Notes: generated by a model from the sequence alone, not told the origin. Shown: positions 19,294 to 31,058, counted from the first letter of the stretch. The stretch: 64,000 nt of DNA from an uncultured Verrucomicrobiae bacterium (GCA_963719495.1 CAVRCI010000013.1:544001-608000); one strand, 5' to 3'. Numbers and translations: made by a program.

Positions 19294-19321
19294 TTGACGC
19301 ATGAATATATCTCCATACCTT
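19294..19321 (+). promoter_or_regulatory. Possible sigma70 promoter for metK in the 48-bp divergent gap
   Basis: TTGACG-N16-TACCTT in an AT-rich gap ~20 nt upstream of the metK ATG. Confidence 0.4.
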
Positions 19322-19341
19322 CATACATCAATTAAAAGACC

Positions 19342-20514
19342 ATGCCCCGTTCCTACATCTTTTCCTCCGAATCCGTCGGCGAAGGCCATCCTGACAAGGT
19401 AGCCGACACGATTTCCGACGCCATCCTCGACGCCTGTTTGGCGCAGGACAAAAACTCCCGCGTCGCCTGCGAGACGTTCGTCAAATCCAACGTCGTCATC
19501 GTCGGCGGCGAGATCACCACGACCGCCAAGCTCGACTATGAATCCATCATCCGCGATTCCATTCGTGAGATCGGCTACGTCAACAACGACGACGTCTTCC
19601 ACGCCGACACGGTCTTCATTACGAATCTCCTCACCGCCCAATCGCCCGACATCGGCCAGGGTGTCGACGCCAAGAAGGCCGCAGGCAAGAAGCACGCCGA
19701 GCAGGGAGCCGGCGACCAAGGCCTCATGTTCGGCTACGCCTGCGACGAGACGCCGGAGCTGATGCCCGCGCCGATCATGTTCGCCCACCGCCTCGGCCGC
19801 GAGCTCACCCGCGTCCGGAAGTCGGGCAAGGTCAAATGGCTCCGCCCCGACGCAAAGAGCCAGGTTTCCGTCGTTTACGAGGACGGCAAACCGGTCCGCA
19901 TCGCGAACGTCGTCATTTCGACCCAGCACGCCGAGGGCGCCAAGCACGCCGACATCGAGAAATTCTGCATCGAGAAGATCATCAAAAAGGTCCTCCCGAA
20001 GAAGATGATCACCGCCGACACCGAGTTCCTCATCAACCCGACGGGCCGCTTCGTCATCGGCGGACCCCAGGGCGACACCGGCCTCACCGGCCGCAAGATC
20101 ATCGTCGACACCTACGGCGGCATGGGCCGCCACGGCGGCGGTGCCTTCTCCGGCAAGGACCCGTCGAAGGTCGACCGCAGCGCCGCCTACATGGGCCGCT
20201 ACGTCGCGAAAAACGTCGTCGCCGCCGGCCTCGCCGCGAAGTGCGAAGTCCAATTCGCCTACGCCATCGGCCACCCCCAGCCCGTCTCCGTCAGCATCGA
20301 CACCTTCGGCACGAACACCGTATCCGAGGAAGCGATCGAAAAGGCCGTGACCACAGTCTTCAGCTTCAAGCCAGCCGACATCGTCAAATCACTGAACCTG
20401 CTGCGCCCGATCTACTCGAAAAGCACGAACTACGGGCACTTCGGGAAGGAAGACCTCGATCTCCCATGGGAAGCCACCGACAAAGTCGCCGCCCTCGAGA
20501 AAGCCGCTAAGTAA
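19342..20514 (+). CDS. metK: S-adenosylmethionine synthetase
   Basis: [38 protein letters not shown] and [16 protein letters not shown]. Confidence 0.99.
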   Translation: MPRSYIFSSESVGEGHPDKVADTISDAILDACLAQDKNSRVACETFVKSNVVIVGGEITTTAKLDYESIIRDSIREIGYVNNDDVFHADTVFITNLLTAQSPDIGQGVDAKKAAGKKHAEQGAGDQGLMFGYACDETPELMPAPIMFAHRLGRELTRVRKSGKVKWLRPDAKSQVSVVYEDGKPVRIANVVISTQHAEGAKHADIEKFCIEKIIKKVLPKKMITADTEFLINPTGRFVIGGPQGDTGLTGRKIIVDTYGGMGRHGGGAFSGKDPSKVDRSAAYMGRYVAKNVVAAGLAAKCEVQFAYAIGHPQPVSVSIDTFGTNTVSEEAIEKAVTTVFSFKPADIVKSLNLLRPIYSKSTNYGHFGKEDLDLPWEATDKVAALEKAAK

Positions 20515-20531
20515 TGGGCGGGCGGGCGAAG

Positions 20532-20562
20532 AGTTTTAAGTTCGTAAGAATTAAGAATTAAG
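20532..20562. repeat. Left inverted heptamer array of the four-helix-bundle cassette
   Basis: agttttaag ttcgtaag aattaag aattaag; 28/31 complementary to the right array. Confidence 0.9.
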
Positions 20563-20565
20563 TGG

Positions 20566-20925
20566 GTGAGCTATCAATCGTTCGAAGATCTCGAGGTGTG
20601 GCAGCGAAGCTGTCGCCTTGCGGTCGACGTGATTCAAGCGATCGATGGCTGCCGGATTTTTGGTCTTCGCGATCAAATCCAGCGGTCCGCAATCTCGATT
20701 CCCAGCAATATCGCCGAAGGAGCCGAGCGAGGCGGCACGAAGGAATTCAGTCAATTTCTTAAAATCGCCAAAGGCTCCTCCGGGGAACTTAGAACCCAGC
20801 TCTTCATCGCAACAAAATTGAAAGTCATCGAATCCGAATCAGCCAAATCCTTCGTAAACGAAAGCCGAGAGATCTCAGCCATGATTCAGGGCCTAAGAAG
20901 GGCCATCACAAAACCAAAAACTTAA
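20566..20925 (+). CDS. Four helix bundle protein (23S rRNA IVS / bAvd-like family)
   Basis: FEDLEVWQRS, LRDQIQRSAISIPSNIAEG and FLKIAKGSSGELRTQL are family signatures; GTG start; AT-richer than the flanking genes. Confidence 0.93.
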   Translation: MSYQSFEDLEVWQRSCRLAVDVIQAIDGCRIFGLRDQIQRSAISIPSNIAEGAERGGTKEFSQFLKIAKGSSGELRTQLFIATKLKVIESESAKSFVNESREISAMIQGLRRAITKPKT

Positions 20926-20965
20926 TTCTTAATTCTTAACTCTTAATTCTTAAAAACTTAAAACT
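20921..20965. repeat. Right inverted heptamer array of the four-helix-bundle cassette
   Basis: cttaatt cttaatt cttaact cttaatt cttaaaaa cttaaaa ct; the first unit supplies the TAA stop. Confidence 0.9.
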
Positions 20966-20969
20966 ACTT

Positions 20970-22403
<1,434 letters not shown>

Positions 22404-22425
22404 GCGACCGGTCAGCTACGAATCG

Positions 22426-22460
22426 AAAAGGCCCGCGGAGCAATCCGCGGGTCTTTTTTT
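22426..22460 (+). terminator. Rho-independent terminator (probably bidirectional)
   Basis: aaaaggcccgcgga-gcaa-tccgcgggtcttttttt after the ahcY stop, convergent with recD. Confidence 0.85.
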
Positions 22461-22487
22461 GGGTCGCTCGGGGTATCCTTCGCCCTT

Positions 22488-22512
22488 CGTAGCCGCGGAG
22501 GTCACGACGCTC
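22488..22512 (+). repeat. GTAG-led REP-like unit related to the island direct repeats
   Basis: cgtagccgcggaggtcacgacgctc shares ggaggtcacgacgc with the copies at ~8970 and ~18316. Confidence 0.7.
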
Positions 22513-24169
22513 CTCCTCCGCCAGCCCGGCACTCCTCCAAGGCCAGCCCAAGCAGCGTCGTGCGGCTCGACGGTGTCTGTGCGGCCTTGCGGATGCTGGC
22601 AAGATCGCCGACGACGTGGACGTGCGACTTCGCCCGCGTGATCGCCGTGTAGAGCAATTCGCGGGTCGCCATGGGGCTCTCGTCGCGGGGAAGAACGACG
22701 ACCACCTCGTCGTATTCGCTCCCCTGCGAGCGGTGAATCGTGATCGCCCACGCCGGGCCGTAATCCGGCAACCGACCCAAGGCAAAATCGCGCAGCCGCG
22801 CCCCGCTCGCCGGAAAATACGCCCGGCGCCGGCCGTCGTCCTCCCGGTGAATGATCCCCACCGTTCCGTTTCGCAGCCCCGTCTCGGGATCGTTCCGATT
22901 GATGATGACCGGATGGTTGCGCGCGAATTCATCGGACGCAAAATGCGCCTCGATCGCCGCGCTGACCGCCTTCGAGCCAACGAAATACTCGCGCTGCGCC
23001 GTCAGGATGCAGACTCCACCGACCGCCGCCAAAGCCTCCGCGGGAGAGGCGGCGCGAGCGACCCGGTCCAACGCGGCGAGCACGGTCGTCGGCAATTCGT
23101 CGCGCGCCAGAATCCCGCCCGACGACGGGCTCCAGGACACCCCCGCCGCGTCCGGATTGCCGTCGGCACCTTCCAACAACGCCGCGCACGCCTCCGGATC
23201 GGACTCCTCCAGCGCCCGCGCCAGAGCGAGGATGCCCGGCTTGTCCTCGAATCGCCGGGCCTTTGTCAGATGAACGTGGCAGCGCCCGAGCGCCGCACCG
23301 GGCCGCCGCGCGCTCCGCGCCACCTCGGCCAGAACGTTCCCCTGCCCCACGCTCTCCAGCTGATTCGGATCGCCCAGCAGGAGGAGCCGCGACGAGGCGG
23401 GCACCGCCCGGAGGACGGCTTGCCACAGGAGCAGATCGATCATCGAGCACTCGTCCAGAATGAGGACCGAGCACCGCAGCGGATTGGCCCGCCCGAAGTG
23501 CGTTGCCTCCCGCCCGGGGTGGTAACCGAGCAGCGAATGGATCGTGGAACTCGACTCCGCCACCCGGACGAGTGCGGCGCGATGCGCTTGAAAAGCGGTT
23601 GGCAGGTCGTCCAGCGAATCGGTCACCGCCTTTCTCATCCGTTCCGCCGCCTTCCCGGTCGGCGCGGCGAGTCGCACCCGGTCGGGCGGAATCCCACCGG
23701 CCAGGAACATCGCGAGGATGCGGGCCAGCGTGTAGGTTTTGCCGGTGCCCGGTCCGCCCGTGATCAACGCCAGTTGGTTTTCGCAGCTCGTCCGGGCCGC
23801 CAGCCGCTGGGGGTCGTCGGCGGCCGCGCCGGGGAACAAGGACGCAAGCCCGGTCTCGACGTCATTGATCGCCGGGACTTCCCGCCCCGCCATCGCGAGC
23901 AAATCCCCGGCAATCTCGCGCTCGGCCAGAAAGAGCCGCCGCGACTGCAGGAAGGTCTTCCCGTCCCGCGGCACCAACACCATCGGAGTCACCAATCCCT
24001 CACTCGGCCGGGAAGCCGCGCGGCCCCATTCCTGCACCTCGTCGGCGATTTCGCACGCCGTGCTCCCGTGCGTTTCGGCTTCGAGCAGCGCCGCCACGGC
24101 CCCGGCGGCCGCGGCGGGCAATCCCCACGCGGCCTCGAGCCATTCGATGTCGGGGCGGGCCGACTTCAT
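22502..24169 (-). CDS. recD: Exodeoxyribonuclease V alpha subunit
   Basis: ITGGPGTGKT, AAPTGKAA, LDECSM, LLGDPNQL, TIHRSQGSEY and LLYTAITRAK; ATGA overlap with recB. Confidence 0.93.
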   Translation of the reverse strand: MKSARPDIEWLEAAWGLPAAAAGAVAALLEAETHGSTACEIADEVQEWGRAASRPSEGLVTPMVLVPRDGKTFLQSRRLFLAEREIAGDLLAMAGREVPAINDVETGLASLFPGAAADDPQRLAARTSCENQLALITGGPGTGKTYTLARILAMFLAGGIPPDRVRLAAPTGKAAERMRKAVTDSLDDLPTAFQAHRAALVRVAESSSTIHSLLGYHPGREATHFGRANPLRCSVLILDECSMIDLLLWQAVLRAVPASSRLLLLGDPNQLESVGQGNVLAEVARSARRPGAALGRCHVHLTKARRFEDKPGILALARALEESDPEACAALLEGADGNPDAAGVSWSPSSGGILARDELPTTVLAALDRVARAASPAEALAAVGGVCILTAQREYFVGSKAVSAAIEAHFASDEFARNHPVIINRNDPETGLRNGTVGIIHREDDGRRRAYFPASGARLRDFALGRLPDYGPAWAITIHRSQGSEYDEVVVVLPRDESPMATRELLYTAITRAKSHVHVVGDLASIRKAAQTPSSRTTLLGLALEECRAGGGGAS

Positions 24170-27100
24170 GGCGCGGCGGCGGTTGCGGATTTTTCGAAAA
24201 GCCCATCCAACTCGTCGAGCAAGGCCTCGGAAGGGTGGACGTGCAGGATTCCTTCGCTGGAACCGGCGTCGATCGCCCGGAGAAAGACCAACCACGCTCC
24301 CGCGACCGTCGCCCGGCCCGCGAGGTATCGCCGCAGCGCGATGAGGTAAAGGTGCGTCTGGAGGAGGTAATGGCTCCGCATGGCGCAGGCCCGCAGCTGG
24401 TCCGGACCGTAACTCGCGAGCGTCGGCCCGAGACGGTTGGTCTTCCAATCCACGACGCCCCAGGCGTCGCCGCTCCGCGCCAGTCGATCGAGAAACCCGT
24501 GCAGGTAGCCGTGCAATTCCTCGACCGGTAGCGCCGCGAGGATTCCTGCGTATTCCTTCTCGCCGTGCCGGGCGAAAATCTCCGCCAGCGCCGCCGAACT
24601 CAGCGATCCCTTGAGCGGAAGCTGGAAGTGCCACTCGGAGGCTTCCGGTCGCGGACACGCCTCGGCGACGGAAAGATCCAATCCGGGCAAGACCGCCCGC
24701 CCGAGATCGATCAACATGCCCTCGACCGACTGGGCGAGGGTCAGCTTCGCGTCCGGCCAGCGCGCGGGTAGTGGGTATTTCTTCAAATGCGGGCCGACGG
24801 CGTCCCTGGGCAATTCGCCGAAGTCCCACCGCTCGATCCAATCGTGAATGGCGGTCCCCACCATCGTGCCGCCCGGTGCGTCGAAGAACGAATTGGCCGG
24901 CCTTTCATCCCCGGCCACCGCCGGAGGCTCGGTGAGAATCGACGGAGCCCCGCCGTGCGGATGCTGCTCTCGCGTCAGCCCCGAGAATGACGTGAGCTGC
25001 CACGCCGACGGAATCGATGGGAAATCGAGCGCGCGCAGTTCCAACTCGCCCGCCGCCTTCGGCGCATCCCACGGCACGGAATCGACGGCGGGCGGAGCCA
25101 CACCGGCGATGACGTCCCGGCCACCACCGTCCCGAATGATCGCCGCCAGACCCGCCGCGTGCCGGGTCCCCCGGCCCCCGGTCGCCGCTTCCACCCGCCA
25201 ATCAGCCAGGTCGGGTTGCGCTTCGCTTCGCAGCAGCCAGTCGAGCGCGCTGGGACCAGGCCGGCTGCGGGTGCCGGCCAACTCGCCGCCGTAGATCCAG
25301 GCCTTCACCTGCGCCCGGGTGAGCGCGACGTAGGCGAGACGCAGCCGGTCTTCCAACGCGTCCCGTTCGATCGCCGCGGCGATGGCGTCGTCCGTCGGCT
25401 GGGCGAGATCGACGAGCAGGGGCGGTTCGCTCGCCCGCGCCAGCTTCTTCACTCCACCGCCACCGGAGGGAGCGCTCCAAAGGAACGGGCAGAAGACGAG
25501 CGGATACTCGAGGCCCTTCGCCGCGTGCATGGTCACGATCTGCACCGCCGCGGCGTCGCTCTCGAGTTGCTGCTGACGCTCGTCCGCCGGTCGCCCCGCG
25601 CCGGCCCGGCCAATCTCCCGGGTCAACCAACGCACCAGATGCGCGGGACGCGGCCCCAGCTCCAGACCGGCGGCCTGGAGCAGATCGGTCAATTGCCGCA
25701 GATTCGTGATGCGCCGCTCCCCGCGTTCCAGCCGCGCGAGGCGGAGGGTGATCCCCCGCTCCGCGTCCATTCCCGCCAGCGCCGCCGAGATCCCGGCCCG
25801 GTGCCAGGTCGACTGCCAGGCCAGAAATCTCTCGAGCCACTCGTCCTCACCCGAAGCGTCCTCGCGAAGATCCGCGATCTCTCCGTGGTGCAATCCGAGG
25901 AGCCGCGTGCCCATCGCGGCCAGGCGGAGACCTTCGCGCCGGGGCTCGTGCAGGGCGCGGAGCAGGGTGAGGAGCTCCGCCGCTTCGTCCGAGGCCATGA
26001 TGTCGTCCGCCCCCGCCCGGATCGCCGGGACCCGGCGCCCGCGCAGCTCGTCCCGCATCGCCGCCGCTTCCCTGTGCGAATTCGTCAGCACGGCGAAATC
26101 ACCCGGCGCGACGTCGCGCGTTTCCACCCCCCCGTCCCCGAGCGTCCGCTCGAGCCGCGCGGGACCATTGAGAAGCCGCACGATCTCCGTGGCCACCGCG
26201 CCGCCGATGCGGGCGAGCCGGCGCCCGGCAGTGGAATACTCGTCCCCGGCGTCGTCCGGCGCGATCCAGGCCTCGATCCGTGGTCCGTCCGGCTCGCCGT
26301 CGGCCGCCACGAGTCGCCAATCCCCCGACAATCCCGACGAAGCTTCCGGAAAATCCAACCCAGCTTTGAGAAACGACCCGGGGCGTCGGAAAAATGCGTT
26401 CGTCGCGCGCACGAATTCCTCCGGCGCGCGGAACGTCTTCGTGAGGGCGAACACGTTCTCCCCGGCGCCGTCGCGCGCGCCAAGGTAGGTATTCACGTCC
26501 GCGCCACGGAAGGCGTAGATGGCCTGCTTCGGATCCCCGATCAGAATGAGACGATGATCCGGCAGCGCCGCCTCGCCGTCGGATCCGACGAAGATCCGCC
26601 GAAAAATGTCGAACTGCCGCGCGTCCGTGTCCTGCGATTCGTCGATCAACCCGACCTTGTAGCGGTCCCGCAACCGCGCCGCCAACGTCGGACCGAGTGG
26701 CCCGCGCAGCGCCTCGCTCAAGCTGTCGATGATGCCATCGTAACCGATCTCCCGGTTCGCGCGCAGCGTGCCCGCGACCGTCTCCCGGATCGCCGGCAGG
26801 TAATCATGGCGAAAATCCCAACGAATCCGGTCCAGCAAACCCAGCGCATCCGCCGCGATCCGGACGGCCTGGCAGGCCTTGGCGCGCGCCTTGAGCGGCT
26901 TCTGTTTGGTCCCGTTGAACCAACCTTCGGCCTCCGCGACTCGCTGGACCGCCGCCAGGAAGCCGGGATCGCCGAACTTCCCCGCCCCACGAAGCACGTC
27001 GAGCGTGGCCCGCCGGACCGCCTCGGACGGTGTTTTCACCGTCGGCGCGGTCAGCTCCCCGACGATGGATTCGAATTCCGCGCAGACGGCTTCGGTGAAC

Positions 27101-27750
27101 ATCGCGGGCAGATCCTCGACCTCGGCAAGACTCGCGGAAAACTCCCGGGGCGCGGGCACGAACTCGGCGTCGGCCAACGGGAACGCGGCGCGGACGAACC
27201 AAAGCTCATCGCCGACCGACCAACCCCGCGCCGTCGCGATGGCCGAGAGCGAGGCGCTTCCGGCGACGCGCGTTTCCCACAGATCCGCGAGCGCCCGCTC
27301 CGCGATCGCGTCCACGTCGGGCGTCAGTTCCGGGACGACCGGGAGGCCGCACAGTGTTCCCTCGGTCTGCAGCACGCGCTGACAGAATGAATGGATCGTC
27401 GACACGCCGAGCCGGTCCAGATCGAGCAGCGCCCGCCCGATCACGCCGGGGATCCGCCCGCCGAATTCCCGCCGCAACCGGTGGAGTCCGGCGTCCGACG
27501 TCGCCTCGTCGGCAATCGGCGGGGCGGCGAGTTTCTCCAGCACGCGGCGCACCCGCTCGGCGAGTTCGCCCGCCGCGTCGTTCGTGAAGGTGACGAGCAA
27601 GATTTCGCCAAGATTCCGCGCCGTCCCGTCGAGCAGAAAGCGCGGGACGAGGTGGCTGATCGAATACGTCTTTCCCGTGCCCGCGCTCGCCTCGATCACC
27701 GAGAGACCCGGCGGCATCGTCGTCGTGACAAAATCGAATTCCGCCCTCAC
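24166..27750 (-). CDS. recB: Exodeoxyribonuclease V beta subunit
   Basis: IEASAGTGKT, VTFTNDAA, IDESQDTD, GDPKQAIYAFRGAD, TMHAAKGLEY, YVALTRA; nuclease GFLD..VVDWKTN. GTG start overlaps the recC stop. Confidence 0.93.
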   Translation of the reverse strand: MRAEFDFVTTTMPPGLSVIEASAGTGKTYSISHLVPRFLLDGTARNLGEILLVTFTNDAAGELAERVRRVLEKLAAPPIADEATSDAGLHRLRREFGGRIPGVIGRALLDLDRLGVSTIHSFCQRVLQTEGTLCGLPVVPELTPDVDAIAERALADLWETRVAGSASLSAIATARGWSVGDELWFVRAAFPLADAEFVPAPREFSASLAEVEDLPAMFTEAVCAEFESIVGELTAPTVKTPSEAVRRATLDVLRGAGKFGDPGFLAAVQRVAEAEGWFNGTKQKPLKARAKACQAVRIAADALGLLDRIRWDFRHDYLPAIRETVAGTLRANREIGYDGIIDSLSEALRGPLGPTLAARLRDRYKVGLIDESQDTDARQFDIFRRIFVGSDGEAALPDHRLILIGDPKQAIYAFRGADVNTYLGARDGAGENVFALTKTFRAPEEFVRATNAFFRRPGSFLKAGLDFPEASSGLSGDWRLVAADGEPDGPRIEAWIAPDDAGDEYSTAGRRLARIGGAVATEIVRLLNGPARLERTLGDGGVETRDVAPGDFAVLTNSHREAAAMRDELRGRRVPAIRAGADDIMASDEAAELLTLLRALHEPRREGLRLAAMGTRLLGLHHGEIADLREDASGEDEWLERFLAWQSTWHRAGISAALAGMDAERGITLRLARLERGERRITNLRQLTDLLQAAGLELGPRPAHLVRWLTREIGRAGAGRPADERQQQLESDAAAVQIVTMHAAKGLEYPLVFCPFLWSAPSGGGGVKKLARASEPPLLVDLAQPTDDAIAAAIERDALEDRLRLAYVALTRAQVKAWIYGGELAGTRSRPGPSALDWLLRSEAQPDLADWRVEAATGGRGTRHAAGLAAIIRDGGGRDVIAGVAPPAVDSVPWDAPKAAGELELRALDFPSIPSAWQLTSFSGLTREQHPHGGAPSILTEPPAVAGDERPANSFFDAPGGTMVGTAIHDWIERWDFGELPRDAVGPHLKKYPLPARWPDAKLTLAQSVEGMLIDLGRAVLPGLDLSVAEACPRPEASEWHFQLPLKGSLSSAALAEIFARHGEKEYAGILAALPVEELHGYLHGFLDRLARSGDAWGVVDWKTNRLGPTLASYGPDQLRACAMRSHYLLQTHLYLIALRRYLAGRATVAGAWLVFLRAIDAGSSEGILHVHPSEALLDELDGLFEKSATAAAP

Positions 27751-30700
27751 GAGTATCCCCCCCACCCGCGCAGCGGCACCGCGACCGCGTTGCCCCACCG
27801 TTCCCATTCCACCCGGTCCTCGAAGGCGTCCCGGTCCCGCCAAGCCAGCTCGGCGAAGGCTTCGTGACTTTCCCCGCTCGCGTAGGCGCTGTCGGCTTTC
27901 CAGGCGGATTCCGCGGCGTCCACCGCCTCGCGCACGTCTTTTTTCGCCAGCACCTTCGCGTACTGGTCGGACGCCTGGGGTGCGTATTCCAACGGGCGGC
28001 TCTGCCCCGCCCGATACCCGTCCACCAAGTCTCGCAGCGCTCCCAAGGCCTCGTCGCGCGGGATCGCGCCGAGGATTTTCGGCGTCTCCAGCCCCGCTTC
28101 GTCGATCGCGGCGAGCGGCAATTCCCGCCCGCCAGCGGCGGCCACCACCGCGCCGATCCACGGCTCCAAGAAGTGCCGCGCCGCCTTGAACTCGCCGATC
28201 CGATATGCAAAAAAATTCCCGCCGTCGGCCGTCAGGCGGATTTGTCCGGACACCCGCACGCCGTCGTCCAACGTCACTTCGATCCCCTCGGTCGCGCCCG
28301 TCAATTCCCGCACCCGCTCGCCGAGCGGCTCGCCGACCTCCCGATTCACGGCCCACGCCAACGAGCCAAGATCACCCGGCGGCAGTCCACGGTCCGCCCG
28401 CAGCGCCGCCTCGGTCAACGCCAGCCCGCCCCCTCCCGGCGAGGTCATCCGATCGACGACCGCCCGCTTCACGCTCCAACTCCGCAACCCGTCCAGACTG
28501 AGCGGAGCCCGGTCCAGATCGACGTCGTCCGCCTCCGGAGCCGCCGCGGCGATCCCCTGCGCCCGCACGAACGCGCGCGCCGGATTTTTCCAAAAATCCA
28601 CCAACTGCCGCACCGTCACCTCACCGCCGTCGGCGCGCCCGTCCGCCCGCCGCACCGCGTCGTAGAACGGCACCCCCACGTCGCGGTGATCCGCCTCCAA
28701 CCTCGTCGCCACCTCGGCAGACGACCGGTCGAACGACTGCGGCAACTCCGAATCCTCGCGAAAATACCCGTCGGCGAAGGGCGCGAGCCGGTGCGACACC
28801 ACCAGCGAATCCCCATCCCGCCCCATCACGGCCGCCACGCGCAGCAACTCGTCCACGCAGGCCGAGAACGGCTCGGTCCTACCCGAGCGGACGTTCCGAG
28901 TCGGTGCCGTGATGATCAGCCGATCCTTCGGCGTCAGCAAAGCGTCGAGAAAAAGCTGGCGATCATCCACGCGCGGATTCCGATCCCAGGCCCGCGGCGA
29001 AGCCTGGAGAAGGTCCCAGGCCGGCGTCCGGTTCTGGCCCGGAAACGCGCCGTCCCGCAGCCCCACCATCGCCAGCACGCGGCACGGGATGTTCCGCAAT
29101 TGCTTAAACCGCCCGACCGCGATCCGTCCCGAGATTTGCGTCCGCCGCCCCGCCTCGGCGCTCTCGCCCTCGAGCCAATCGCCGATCGTTCCCGCGTCGA
29201 CGCGTTCCACCGCCGCCACCTGCCGGAGGAAGACGAGCAGGGGCTGTAGCGCGAGCAGCGCCTCATTCTCACCGCCCAGGAGCTGAAGGGCCGCCCGCTC
29301 CAGCCGGTCCGCCCAGTCACCGGGTGCCGCCGCGCCCTCCCACTCAGCGAGAGTGTCGGCCAGATCGGACCACCAACCCAGGAACGCCTCGCGAAGCCGC
29401 GAGTCGCCCCCGAGTTGATCCGAGATCGGCAAAACGAACTCGCCGCCGGGATAAGTCACCTCGTCCTCGCGGCCAAACCACCGGCCCGCGATCAAGCGAT
29501 GCCGCGCGAACGTCCAGCTCCCCGGCTCGGCGCCGCCCAGCCCGCGCGTCACCCCGCTGTCCCGCACCCACCGCCGCAGACTCTCCAGCGCCCGATCATC
29601 GTCCGCCGCGCCCAGGGCCGTTTGGACGGCGCGCAGTTGGAAAAACTCCAACACCGCGCTCGCCTCGAACCGCCGCTCCCGCGCCATTTCCAGGAATGCG
29701 AGCAAACCCTCGGTCACCGGATCGCGGCCGGTCCGCGAGAGCTCGGACATCCGAATCGGCAGCGGACTCCCGCCACTCTCGAGCACCGCCACCACCAGCG
29801 GCGCGTAGGTCTCCAGATCAGTCACCACGATCTGCACCTCCTCCGGCCGCAGATCCGGAAAATCGCGAAAGGCCCGCGCCAATTCGTCCCGCAGCGCCTC
29901 CAGCTCCCGCCTGGGCCCGAAGCACGAATGCACCCGCACGCTCAGGTCGTCCGCATCCGGCGGCAATTCGGACGGCTCACGCAGACCGCGAATATCCTCC
30001 CGCAGGGTCGTCAGCAACCCGCACTCCGCGTCCGCCGACCGGTCCCCCGACTCCGGCCAATGCGTGTATTGCTCGTCCAGCCGACCCAGCAGCAGAAACG
30101 ATCCCACCGCGTGCCGTCCCATCGATTCGAGCAACGGATGGGCCACCGGGAAATTCAATTCCTCCGGATCGGACTCCGGCGAAGGCAGCTCGCGCCGCCG
30201 CCACAGGTCGCCCAGAAACTCCAGCGAAGGCAGCACCACGTGCAGCTCGACCGCGCACCCCGCCCCGGCCAGCAACTCCAGCACCTCGACCATGAGCGGA
30301 TCCACGCTCCCCGTCCCGACCACCAGCAATCGCGGATACTTCGCTTTCAGCTCCGCTCGAAAATCCGCGTTCGCCGCCCGCCGCGCGAGCTCCACCGCCG
30401 GGTGCGCCGGCACCCCATCCTCGCCGCAGAGCCGATCCCAAAGCTCGCGCTGCCAGGTCTCCGCCGCCCGCTCCGCCTCCGAGGCTCCCGGCGGCAGCGC
30501 CGAATCCCCGGCGTCCCACCGGCGAAAAATCTCCGGCCGAAAGTGCCCGTATTGGTCGAACCGGTCCGCCAGCATTCCCGCCAGCGCGAAGGCATCCCGC
30601 GGAGCCGGATCGACCACCCCCAGCACCCCCGCAAACCGCCGGACGTGCGGGAAAATCCGCCAGGTCAGCGAGCGCGCCGTCCATTCCTCGCGACCGCCGC

Positions 30701-30923
30701 CGATCGCCCGACGAATGAATGCCTCCGGCATCAGAAACTCGATTCCCATGCAGACCCCCCGCCGATCCGAGATCCGCAATTGCAGTTGATCCCCGAAGGG
30801 GAGCGAAGGCACCACCATCGGCTCCGGCACCAGGGAAGGAGCCCGCCCCGCCCCCCGCGCCACCACCGCATCGGTCAACGAAGCGAACTCCAAGTGGGGA
30901 ACGATGGTCACAGGATGCGGCAT
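27747..30923 (-). CDS. recC: Exodeoxyribonuclease V gamma subunit
   Basis: FDQYGHFRPE, WQRELW, HPLLESMG, VHSCFGPRRELEAL and DDRQLFLDALL; recC-recB-recD order. Alternative TTG start at 30935. Confidence 0.9.
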   Translation of the reverse strand: MPHPVTIVPHLEFASLTDAVVARGAGRAPSLVPEPMVVPSLPFGDQLQLRISDRRGVCMGIEFLMPEAFIRRAIGGGREEWTARSLTWRIFPHVRRFAGVLGVVDPAPRDAFALAGMLADRFDQYGHFRPEIFRRWDAGDSALPPGASEAERAAETWQRELWDRLCGEDGVPAHPAVELARRAANADFRAELKAKYPRLLVVGTGSVDPLMVEVLELLAGAGCAVELHVVLPSLEFLGDLWRRRELPSPESDPEELNFPVAHPLLESMGRHAVGSFLLLGRLDEQYTHWPESGDRSADAECGLLTTLREDIRGLREPSELPPDADDLSVRVHSCFGPRRELEALRDELARAFRDFPDLRPEEVQIVVTDLETYAPLVVAVLESGGSPLPIRMSELSRTGRDPVTEGLLAFLEMARERRFEASAVLEFFQLRAVQTALGAADDDRALESLRRWVRDSGVTRGLGGAEPGSWTFARHRLIAGRWFGREDEVTYPGGEFVLPISDQLGGDSRLREAFLGWWSDLADTLAEWEGAAAPGDWADRLERAALQLLGGENEALLALQPLLVFLRQVAAVERVDAGTIGDWLEGESAEAGRRTQISGRIAVGRFKQLRNIPCRVLAMVGLRDGAFPGQNRTPAWDLLQASPRAWDRNPRVDDRQLFLDALLTPKDRLIITAPTRNVRSGRTEPFSACVDELLRVAAVMGRDGDSLVVSHRLAPFADGYFREDSELPQSFDRSSAEVATRLEADHRDVGVPFYDAVRRADGRADGGEVTVRQLVDFWKNPARAFVRAQGIAAAAPEADDVDLDRAPLSLDGLRSWSVKRAVVDRMTSPGGGGLALTEAALRADRGLPPGDLGSLAWAVNREVGEPLGERVRELTGATEGIEVTLDDGVRVSGQIRLTADGGNFFAYRIGEFKAARHFLEPWIGAVVAAAGGRELPLAAIDEAGLETPKILGAIPRDEALGALRDLVDGYRAGQSRPLEYAPQASDQYAKVLAKKDVREAVDAAESAWKADSAYASGESHEAFAELAWRDRDAFEDRVEWERWGNAVAVPLRGWGGYS

Positions 30924-30972
30924 ATAATCGAACAATGGAACGGCGAGACTAGATCACTTCAAGAGACGACGG

Positions 30973-31058
30973 AGCCGCAAAAAGGCGCATAACGCGCAAA
31001 AAATTCGGATACCCGACTTTGAGTTCCTCTTCTGCGCCTTTTGCGCCTCTTTGCGGCT
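30973..31058. repeat. Inverted 9-10-mer tandem arrays (AGCCGCAAAAAGGCGCA-type)
   Basis: agccgcaaaaaggcgcataacgcgcaaa pairs with ttctgcgccttttgcgcctctttgcggct; a related single array lies at 56716-56757. Confidence 0.7.

Noticed and set aside
19294..19341. SAM/SAH riboswitch or a clear SahR operator upstream of metK
   Set aside because: The gap is only 48 bp, and I could not identify a convincing aptamer or full palindrome by eye.
20566..20925. Diversity-generating retroelement (Avd-like gene)
   Set aside because: No reverse transcriptase and no TR/VR pair seen. The 18360-18431 repeat differs at silent positions, not specifically at adenines.
24166..28356. Extended N-termini in the ORF track (recB to 28356, recD to 24841, leuB to 58670, mrdA to 54181)
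   Set aside because: The extensions overlap upstream genes; downstream starts with stop/start coupling or family-typical N-termini fit better.
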